A stretch of DNA of 64,000 nt from an uncultured Candidatus Sumerlaeota bacterium. GTDB taxonomy: Bacteria; CAYMEV01. Each line of letters starts with the position of its first letter. Position 1 is the stretch's first letter. A model generated the notes under the pieces. It had not been told where the DNA came from. It searched no databases and saw nothing but the letters and a program-made list of their open reading frames with translations. Where the stretch lies: NCBI GenBank assembly GCA_964389675.1, contig CAYMEV010000014.1:1-64000 (forward strand), read 5' to 3'. Below, in pieces: positions 56,958 to 64,000 of the stretch. The position numbers were made by a program, and so were the translations under genes.

Positions 56958-59900
56958 GTGGCTAATCAGGAAGGCCCAAAATTCATCGGAAACAGGTACG
57001 AGGTCATAAGCAGGCTTGGACAGGGCGGTATGGGCATAGTCTACCTTGCCAGGGACACCATGAGAAATAATGCGGTTTTTGCAGTCAAGACCATCAGGGA
57101 AGAGCATATCTCGTCATACAGGGAAAAGGGGATCGATAATTTTAAGAATGAATACGAGATAATGACAAGGCTCAAGCATCCTAACCTGACACAGGTATAT
57201 GATTATGGAGAATACAGCAGTTATCATTTTATTGTGATGGAGTATCTTGACGGTATCCTGCTATCTGAATTTATAAAATCCGAAGCAAACCGTTCAGAGG
57301 AAAAAACAAACGGTATCATTGTCCAGATATTAAGAGCTCTGGATTATATACACAGCAGGAATATTATATACAGGGACCTAAAGCCAAAAAATATCATGAT
57401 ATCAGGAGAACATGCCAGGCTTATGGATTTTGGGCTCTCAAACCTTATAAGCAGGCGGGAGGATACAGTCAGGGGAACTGTCATGTATCTGTCTCCTGAT
57501 GCCTTATCAGGGGATATAAGTTTCAGCATGGATTTTTTTTCACTTGGCCTGGTCTATTATGAGATGCTTACAGGAAGACTTTTTCTGGCAAAATCTAAAC
57601 CAGGGGTCAGATCAATACTGAGCCTGCTTGATAATAAGGCTGAATACGAATGCCTGAAAAAAGAAAAGCTTGCTGTGATCAAAAACAGCAAAATCAGGCA
57701 GATCATAAGCAAAATGACTTCTTTTGAAAGAAAGGAACGCTATCAGAACGGTGGTGAGATCATAGCAGACCTTAATTTCCATCTTGGGACAAGTTTTGAG
57801 TATGAAACGATTCATACCAGATCTACTTATGTCCTTGGAAATGCATTTGCAAACAGGAAAGAAGAATTAAAAGCCCTGAAGTCAAGCGTTCTTTCAGAAG
57901 AGAAAAAACACAGCCTTATTATCTACAGCGGTTCAACGGGTATAGGCAAAACAAGGCTTTTCAGCGAGTTTAAGAAATTCTGCAGATTGAACAGCATAGC
58001 CTTTTTTGATGCTTCATGCATAGAATCTGAAGCAAAGGAATATCATTCTATAAGCGAGATAATAGAGCAGATGATATTATCTGCATCAGAGGATATTATC
58101 TCAAGGTTCGGGAAGTATATCCGTCTCATTCTTCCAGGCCACGAAAAGCTTAGCGGCTTTTTGCCGCCTGATATAGGAGAAAAGCCTGATATGCTGAAAG
58201 ACGTCATTGTGTACAATATCTCATCTTTCATAATAGAATTCTCAAAAAGCTCTGAAAGGAATGCAGTCCTGTATTTTAATGATATGCAATGGATCGATGA
58301 AGGCTCTCTGGATATTCTGGTTAATATCCTGCAGAGAATGGAAATAAGGCCGGATGAGTCAAAAAGGATTATAATTCTCTCAAGCCTTGATGAAAACAAG
58401 ATTGCAGACCAGGCTAGATTCAGGTTCCTCTCTGAGTCGGACAGGATCAATAAGCTGCATCTGCCTCCCCTTGATAGGAAAGGTGTGGAGGAATTTGTCG
58501 AAAAGGTTTTCGGGTTGAATTTCATAGACAGAAAGCTGCGTAAATCAATTGATATTATAATGGACAGGGTAGGAGGCAATCCCTTATATCTCGGCGAGTT
58601 TTTAAGGGGGCTTATTGAGAGGGATATAATAAAAAAAGAGAAGTTATCCTGGACAATTACCGGAGATATTGAAAAGGCTGACATACCGGCAAACATCATC
58701 GAGCTTTTTAAGCAGAGGGTCAGCAGATTGCTTTCTAATGATGAAATAAGGGATATTCTCCAGATATTATCATTTATCAGGACAGAGCTCTCTTCACAGG
58801 AAATAAAATCCATACTGAAAAGCAGGGCAGCAAGCTTTCTGGATGAAACGCTTCTTAAACTTGAGAGGCTTGAGATCCTGCAGGCTGATATTACAGCTGA
58901 CAGGATCAATTATTCCTTCTCCAGCGGACTGATGAAAGACCTTGTCAAAAAAACGGTGGCTGATAAAACCGGGTTGAGCAGGTATCTGGCAGAAACACTG
59001 GAATCATTATACGGGATTGATTCTGAGAAATTTATTGAGGAGACGGCATATCATTACCTTGAGGCAGAAAATACAGACAAGGCATTCTTATTCTATAATA
59101 AGTGCAACGAAATTGCCCGGAAGAATTATTTTCTGGATAAGGCCTTGTTGTATCAGGACATACTGCTTAAACTATCAGAATGCGGTGATAAAGGCGAAAA
59201 CCTTCGTCTGATGCTGGAAAAATCAAGGACGCTGGAGATACTGAACAGGTGGGATGAAGCTGTCATTCTGTTAAACAAAGTAAAAATGGAAGCTTCTGGC
59301 TCTGATAATAAAAGGTACCTGGGCAAGGCAGCTGCTTTTTTAGGCAGGATAGAACTGCAGAGGGGAAATATAGCAGAGGCAAAGGAATCGTTTGACAGAA
59401 GCTATGCTATCTCAAGAGAGGTAAAAGATGAAGAAATGCTATCAGAGAGTGTAAACAGCCTTCTGTTCTATTATTATGACCAGTCGGATTTTGATAAAGC
59501 TGTTGAGCTTTTCAATCAATACAGGGATTTCTGGATAAAAAGCAGGGACTCGAAGGGTTATGCCCAGGCGCTTAATAATATGGGAAATATCCATTATAAA
59601 AGGAACGAGTATGATGAAGCGCTTAACTGTTATGAAACCTACAGAAGTATCATGTCCGATGATAAAAAGTACATAATAACCGCTTCTTTGAATATGGGAA
59701 ATGTCTACATGTCCAAAGGCGATAATCAAAAAGCCCTTGAGTGTTACGAAACGGCCAGGAGCATATCTGAGGAGATGGGAGCAAAGAGGTCACTTGGGAG
59801 AGCCCTTTTTAATATTGCGAATATTATCAAAATACAGGGTCAGTACAATAAAGCCCTCGAATACTTTGAATTTTACAGGGATATATCTGAGGAGACCGGT

Positions 59901-61016
59901 GCGAAGTCTGGGATTGGAAATGCTGTAATTAATATAGGTCTTATTTATCAGAATATGACAGAATTTTCAAAGGCTGTTGAATACTATGAGAAAGCAAGGT
60001 CGATCTTCGAGCAGACCGGTAATAAGAACGGAATAAGCGCTGTGCTTGGAAATATGGGGATTATATCCTTTTTCAAGGGTGAATTCCAGCAGGCCCTGGA
60101 TTATTACACCAGGCTTAAAAAGCTGTCGGAGGAACTGGGAAATAAGGCTAACCTATCCTCTGCGATCGGGAATATAGGGCTTATTTATAAAAGCCAGGGC
60201 AGATATGATATGGCTCTTGAATGCTTTGAGGAAAAAAGGAAAATTTCAGAGGAAACCGGAAATAAGAGGAGCCTGGGCATAGCTTACAGCAATATTGGTG
60301 AAGTCTATGACTGCCTCGGCAGATATAAAAAGGCTCTGGAGTATTACAGGCTTGACCTTGCCATATCCGAGGAATTGAAAGATAAAAATGGAATGGCTGT
60401 TACGCTGAACAATATAGGAGTTACATATCAGCATATGGGGATGCTGGACAAAGCCCTTGATAACTTTGACTCATATTACCGGGTTTCAAGTGAACTCAAT
60501 GATAAGCTCGGGATCGGCATATCCCTTGTTAACATAGGCAATATATCCTATGATATCGGAGATTTTGACAAGGCCCTGAAGAATTATAATTCTGGAATTA
60601 ATATTCTTCAAAAAGCCAATATCAAGGATAAGATCCTGGCATCAGCGCTTATAAGGAAAGCTGGTATCCTGCTGAAAAAGGATATGTATGATGAAGCAGA
60701 AGAAGCAAACTCTGAAGCAGAAACGATATCCTCTGCGATCCAGGATCCCGATACCCTGTTTGAAGCCAGGCTTCAGAAATGCAGGATCGATCATAAAAAC
60801 GACGGGGATAAGCTGGTAGAATCACTGAAAAAGCTTTTGCTGAGTGCAGAAAAAGATTCAGAAAAGGCTGCAGTATATTATGAGCTGTTTTTAGCGGAAG
60901 GGAAGAGAAAATATTGTAAAGAAGCCCTTAAATTATACATCGGCCTGTACCAGAAGACCCCTTCATTTTCATACAGAAAAATCATAAGGGAGCTTAAAAA
61001 ATCCTGCTGTGAATAA
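56958..61016 (+). CDS. Ser/Thr protein kinase - STAND/AAA ATPase - TPR protein
   Basis: GQGGMGIVY, AVK, YRDLKPKN, DFG. FANRKEEL, Walker A GSTGIGKT, FNDMQWID, GGNPLYL. About 11 tandem ~40-aa TPRs. Confidence 0.9.
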   Translation: MANQEGPKFIGNRYEVISRLGQGGMGIVYLARDTMRNNAVFAVKTIREEHISSYREKGIDNFKNEYEIMTRLKHPNLTQVYDYGEYSSYHFIVMEYLDGILLSEFIKSEANRSEEKTNGIIVQILRALDYIHSRNIIYRDLKPKNIMISGEHARLMDFGLSNLISRREDTVRGTVMYLSPDALSGDISFSMDFFSLGLVYYEMLTGRLFLAKSKPGVRSILSLLDNKAEYECLKKEKLAVIKNSKIRQIISKMTSFERKERYQNGGEIIADLNFHLGTSFEYETIHTRSTYVLGNAFANRKEELKALKSSVLSEEKKHSLIIYSGSTGIGKTRLFSEFKKFCRLNSIAFFDASCIESEAKEYHSISEIIEQMILSASEDIISRFGKYIRLILPGHEKLSGFLPPDIGEKPDMLKDVIVYNISSFIIEFSKSSERNAVLYFNDMQWIDEGSLDILVNILQRMEIRPDESKRIIILSSLDENKIADQARFRFLSESDRINKLHLPPLDRKGVEEFVEKVFGLNFIDRKLRKSIDIIMDRVGGNPLYLGEFLRGLIERDIIKKEKLSWTITGDIEKADIPANIIELFKQRVSRLLSNDEIRDILQILSFIRTELSSQEIKSILKSRAASFLDETLLKLERLEILQADITADRINYSFSSGLMKDLVKKTVADKTGLSRYLAETLESLYGIDSEKFIEETAYHYLEAENTDKAFLFYNKCNEIARKNYFLDKALLYQDILLKLSECGDKGENLRLMLEKSRTLEILNRWDEAVILLNKVKMEASGSDNKRYLGKAAAFLGRIELQRGNIAEAKESFDRSYAISREVKDEEMLSESVNSLLFYYYDQSDFDKAVELFNQYRDFWIKSRDSKGYAQALNNMGNIHYKRNEYDEALNCYETYRSIMSDDKKYIITASLNMGNVYMSKGDNQKALECYETARSISEEMGAKRSLGRALFNIANIIKIQGQYNKALEYFEFYRDISEETGAKSGIGNAVINIGLIYQNMTEFSKAVEYYEKARSIFEQTGNKNGISAVLGNMGIISFFKGEFQQALDYYTRLKKLSEELGNKANLSSAIGNIGLIYKSQGRYDMALECFEEKRKISEETGNKRSLGIAYSNIGEVYDCLGRYKKALEYYRLDLAISEELKDKNGMAVTLNNIGVTYQHMGMLDKALDNFDSYYRVSSELNDKLGIGISLVNIGNISYDIGDFDKALKNYNSGINILQKANIKDKILASALIRKAGILLKKDMYDEAEEANSEAETISSAIQDPDTLFEARLQKCRIDHKNDGDKLVESLKKLLLSAEKDSEKAAVYYELFLAEGKRKYCKEALKLYIGLYQKTPSFSYRKIIRELKKSCCE
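59316..60629 (+). repeat. Tandem ~120-bp (40-aa) TPR coding repeats, about 11 copies
   Basis: Repeated xxxxLxNiGxiYxxxGxYxkALeyyexxxxIseexgxK units. The DNA copies are diverged. Confidence 0.85.
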
Positions 61017-61036
61017 TGGCCCGGGATAAGGCAGTA

Positions 61037-61432
61037 TTACTGTAAAGCCTTCAGCAGGTTTTTCCCCCACTCAAGGGTATCTATCCCCCATGCTTTCCCG
61101 AGGATTTCAAAGGCTCTGACCTCATCGCGCTCAAATTTAAGGTCTGCGAATATTATGGTAAAAGCCCATTCCAATATCCTGTAGATTTCCTTTTCCGTTG
61201 CCTTTTGTTTGACTATTACGGCTGATTCTTCAATGTTTTTGTACTTTTCATCAAGGGGCATCTTTTCAAAGCTTCTTATAAGTGTCTCAAGGTCCTGACG
61301 TTCCTGAGCGCTGTAATTCTCATAGTTCTTTTTAATATATGCTTCAATGACATCTATTTCCCTCTCATCAATATGCCTGTCTATTGATACAAGCGAGCAT
61401 AGAATTGTAAGGACTGCATTGTGCTTCTCCAT
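61037..61432 (-). CDS. TerB-family protein
   Basis: LVSIDRHIDEREIDVI and IIFADLKFERDEVRAFEILGKAWGI, the duplicated (A)DxxxxxxE helical-hairpin pattern. SD GGGAGG. Confidence 0.75.
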   Translation of the reverse strand: MEKHNAVLTILCSLVSIDRHIDEREIDVIEAYIKKNYENYSAQERQDLETLIRSFEKMPLDEKYKNIEESAVIVKQKATEKEIYRILEWAFTIIFADLKFERDEVRAFEILGKAWGIDTLEWGKNLLKALQ

Positions 61433-61460
61433 CTGATCCTCCCACTAATAAAACTTTATA

Positions 61461-61472
61461 AGTGTATACACT
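61461..61472. promoter_or_regulatory. Perfect palindrome between the divergent terB-like and membrane-protein genes
   Basis: AGTGTATACACT. Confidence 0.4.
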
Positions 61473-61573
61473 AAAAATAAGAAAATGTGAATAGTTCTCT
61501 TCTTATTTGGTATTGATTTTTGATAAATATTATATTATTATTTTATCAATGGACCCGTTTTAAGGAGAAAAAT

Positions 61574-61816
61574 ATGGATATTCAGATCCTCATAAGGTTT
61601 TTCATGTGGTGTACCATCATAAATGCAGGCCTGATGATTTTATCTACAGTCCTCTGGCTTATTGCATCGGACCTGATATATAAGATGCACGGGAAAATGT
61701 ACCCTATGCCGAGGGAAACATTTAATGCGGTATTTTATTCATTTATGGGCGTGTTTAAGATTTTTATATTTATCTTTAATTTTGTTCCCTGGATAGCGCT
61801 CCTTATAATATCATAG
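61574..61816 (+). CDS. Small two-TM membrane protein (DUF6868-like)
   Basis: FFMWCTIINAG...YKMHGK...YSFMGVFKIFIFIFNFVPWIAL. Start re-called to ATG 61574 after the AAGGAG SD. Confidence 0.7.
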   Translation: MDIQILIRFFMWCTIINAGLMILSTVLWLIASDLIYKMHGKMYPMPRETFNAVFYSFMGVFKIFIFIFNFVPWIALLIIS

Positions 61817-61849
61817 ATACTGCATATAAAATATTTTATTTCTTGAATG

Positions 61850-61886
61850 CCTGGAAGTTCATCATTCTGGTGCTTCCGGGATTTTT
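61850..61886 (+). terminator. Possible intrinsic terminator
   Basis: CCTGGAAG...CTTCCGGG stem (one G-U pair, long loop) followed by ATTTTT. Confidence 0.3.
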
Positions 61887-61985
61887 ACTGAAGCTTGTGC
61901 GGAGTGCCTGACTGAAGGATCTTGAAGAGACCCGGTTTTTATTCCCGGATCATGGAACACTAATATTGGCGGAGGAACTTAATAT

Positions 61986-62297
61986 ATGGTTTTTGTAGAC
62001 AGGAATTTATGCATAGGGTGTGCTATCTGTGTCAATCTATGCCCTGAAGGGTTTGCAATGAAAGATGGTATAGCTTATGTTACAGACAGCGATGCGGATT
62101 GCGTGGATAAAGCAATGGAAGAATGCCCGACCGGGGCAATAAAGGAAGATGGCCTGGGGGAAAATGAGCTGGCTGATAATGATATGCCGCCTTCAAATAT
62201 GCCTCGGGCAGGCCGGGGAAAAGGCAGAGGCATGGGAAGAGGGCCCATGGATGGAAGGGGTGCAGGGAAAAAGAAAGGCGGAAGAAAAAGGAGGTAA
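61986..62297 (+). CDS. Ferredoxin with Gly/Arg-rich C-terminal tail
   Basis: CIGCAICVNLCP...EECPTGAI, then RAGRGKGRGMGRGPMDGRGAGKKKGGRKRR. Confidence 0.8.
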   Translation: MVFVDRNLCIGCAICVNLCPEGFAMKDGIAYVTDSDADCVDKAMEECPTGAIKEDGLGENELADNDMPPSNMPRAGRGKGRGMGRGPMDGRGAGKKKGGRKRR

Positions 62298-62300
62298 TTT

Positions 62301-62663
62301 ATGCCATGGATCAAAAAAGAGATTTGTACTGGCTGCGGTGTATGTATTGACAGTTGCCCGGTTGATACCATATACCTCGAAGATCAGACAGCAATCATTG
62401 ATATGAATGGATGTATCAGGTGCGGTATATGCCATGATGCCTGCCCTATGGACGCAGTAAGGCATGATAGTGAAAAGACTGAAGAAGATATCCAGTCAAA
62501 CCTTGATCTGACTGAAAAGTGCATGAAAGAATGTATTTTGCACCTTGGCAGTGAAAAAGAGGGGCAGAAATGCCTTAACAGGATGATCAAGCATTTCAGC
62601 AGGCAGAAAAAGGTGATTGAAAAGACACTTGCAGCATTGCGGGATATCAAGGGTCAGCCCTGA
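62301..62663 (+). CDS. 2[4Fe-4S] ferredoxin-like protein with C-terminal helical extension
   Basis: CTGCGVCIDSCP and CIRCGICHDACP. SD GAGGT. Confidence 0.85.
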   Translation: MPWIKKEICTGCGVCIDSCPVDTIYLEDQTAIIDMNGCIRCGICHDACPMDAVRHDSEKTEEDIQSNLDLTEKCMKECILHLGSEKEGQKCLNRMIKHFSRQKKVIEKTLAALRDIKGQP

Positions 62664-62719
62664 TATGGTTCTTATAGAAAATTTAAGCTTCAGATGCCTG
62701 AAAGCTTCATCATTGCCTG

Positions 62720-63352
62720 ATGGATAAAATAAAAATATTTGATAAATATTTCAAAGAATATGACGATTGGTTCATTGAAAATGAAAAACTGTATCTCTCT
62801 GAGATGAAAGTAATCAGGAGCCTGATGCCTTCATTTAATGAGGCTCTTGAGATAGGTGTGGGAACCGGCAGGTTTGCTTCTCCCCTGGGTATAAAGACAG
62901 GGGTTGAGCCATCGGAAAATATGGCCGGGCATGCCCGAAGGAGGGGTATTGATGTCCATACAGGGATCGCGGAGGATCTGCCCTTTGCTGATAACAGCTT
63001 TGACCTTGCATTGATGGTCACCACGGTATGCTTTGTGAATGATGCGCTTAAGTCAGTCAGGGAGGCTTACAGGGTGCTTAAGGAGAATGGCTGTCTTATA
63101 ATCGGGTTTATTGATAAAGAAAGCGAGCTTGGAAAAGAATATCAGAGGAAAAAGGAAAAAAGCCGATTCTACGGCCCTGCAACCTTTTTTTCAACCCGGG
63201 AGATTATCCGTATGCTGAAAAAAGCACATTTCACAGACCTGAAAATAAAACAAAGCCTGTTTTTCATAAATGGCGGGATTGATACAGAAAGCATGGCGGA
63301 TGGATATGGGTCAGGGAGTTTCGTGGCCGTAAAAGCCATGAAAAAAGGATAA
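62720..63352 (+). CDS. Class I SAM-dependent methyltransferase
   Basis: YDDWF, LEIGVGTGRF, GVEPS, AEDLPFADNSFD, EAYRVLK. Confidence 0.9.
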   Translation: MDKIKIFDKYFKEYDDWFIENEKLYLSEMKVIRSLMPSFNEALEIGVGTGRFASPLGIKTGVEPSENMAGHARRRGIDVHTGIAEDLPFADNSFDLALMVTTVCFVNDALKSVREAYRVLKENGCLIIGFIDKESELGKEYQRKKEKSRFYGPATFFSTREIIRMLKKAHFTDLKIKQSLFFINGGIDTESMADGYGSGSFVAVKAMKKG

Positions 63353-63434
63353 GGGTATAAAGCAGAAATTATAACATTAAGCTGTTTTTTGCTATAATAT
63401 TGTTTATTTACCTAACCATAAAGGAGGAGGGATA

Positions 63435-64000
63435 ATGAGAACAGTAATTTTTCTGTTAATTCTGGGGATTCTTCTGCTTCCTGCAGGCTTAAGAGGGGAG
63501 ATCCTTACTGCCACCCATACTGTCACTCAGGCAGATCCTGCCGGAGATGTAAGTGACAGCGGTGATGATCCCGGCAAGGATATAGTGGAAGTCACAGTAG
63601 AAACAGACGGAAAGCAGATGAATATCACCATTGTTCTTGACAGGGAGGCGAAGTATTATCTGGAAGGGCACCAGGCAGGTGATGTAGCAGATGTCATTAT
63701 CGATGCGGACAATAACTGCAAAACTGGTGGAAAACCCTTTTTCTACCAGGGGGAAGGCGGATTTGACTACCAGATCCAGGTCGGCATGTGCATTGAATAT
63801 GAAAATGGAGGGATAGCATGTGCAGGAGCGCTGAATAATGTAAAAGCAGTCAACTTCTTTTCCACCTATGACCTGGACAGGTTCGCAGAAGGTGATAAGA
63901 TGGAAGATATCAGTGAAACCTTCAACTGGAAGGACAGGGGTAAAGATATACAGGGAGCGAGTGTGGAGGTATCCATCCCCTATGACCTGATGAAGCTTTC
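63435..64000 (+). CDS. Secreted hypothetical protein (runs off the right edge)
   Basis: Not in the ORF track. SD AAGGAGG, ATG 63435, MRTVIFLLILGILLLPAGLRG signal peptide, then DPAGD...IDADNNCKTG...VEVSIP. Frame stays open to the window end. Confidence 0.75.
   Translation, partial: MRTVIFLLILGILLLPAGLRGEILTATHTVTQADPAGDVSDSGDDPGKDIVEVTVETDGKQMNITIVLDREAKYYLEGHQAGDVADVIIDADNNCKTGGKPFFYQGEGGFDYQIQVGMCIEYENGGIACAGALNNVKAVNFFSTYDLDRFAEGDKMEDISETFNWKDRGKDIQGASVEVSIPYDLMKL

Noticed and set aside
58043..58909. 288-aa minus-strand ORF
   Set aside because: Lies wholly antisense to the kinase-STAND gene, is Ser/Ile/Leu-rich as expected for a reverse-frame shadow, and has no motifs or SD.
59316..60629. 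TPR repeats as a CRISPR array or DGR template/variable repeat pair
   Set aside because: The repeats are in-frame, diverged at the DNA level, have no spacer structure or adenine-specific differences that I could see, and no reverse transcriptase or cas gene is in the window.
1786..63671. The many other 60-150 aa ORFs nested in or antisense to long genes
   Set aside because: They overlap well-supported CDSs and lack recognisable motifs or translation signals.
1..64000. Alternative genetic code or selenocysteine/pyrrolysine recoding
   Set aside because: TAA, TAG and TGA all end conserved genes at their expected C-termini. Only one isolated suspicious stop (the epimerase) was seen.

Overview
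Gene-dense bacterial chromosomal window, probably from an anaerobe (standard genetic code, AT-rich intergenic regions), with about 45 protein-coding genes. I found no rRNA, tRNA, CRISPR array, transposase or prophage genes. Housekeeping and repair genes: rtcB (cut by the left edge), polX, glyQS, ruvX/yqgF, mltG, glmS, methionine gamma-lyase. Other content: three cobalamin-dependent radical SAM enzymes, five peptidases/amidohydrolases, redox/sulfur proteins (a CoA-disulfide reductase-rhodanese-TusA-DsrE fusion, nitroreductase, ferredoxins) and many signalling proteins (two very large Ser/Thr kinase-STAND ATPase-TPR proteins, a PP2C phosphatase, a PocR hybrid histidine kinase, a DUF4388 protein). 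The best candidates for an undescribed system are (i) a divergent locus of two B12-radical SAM enzymes facing an acyl-CoA-ligase-like protein that lacks several canonical catalytic residues plus a DUF362 Fe-S protein, and (ii) two NLR-like kinase-STAND-TPR receptors, each next to an alpha/beta-hydrolase, one also flanked by a PRTase and TerB. Smaller observations: a probable ATT start for polX, an in-frame premature stop in the epimerase, an orphan PqqD/RRE protein, leaderless promoters and palindromic operators. All family calls come from motif recognition by eye, with no database searches.
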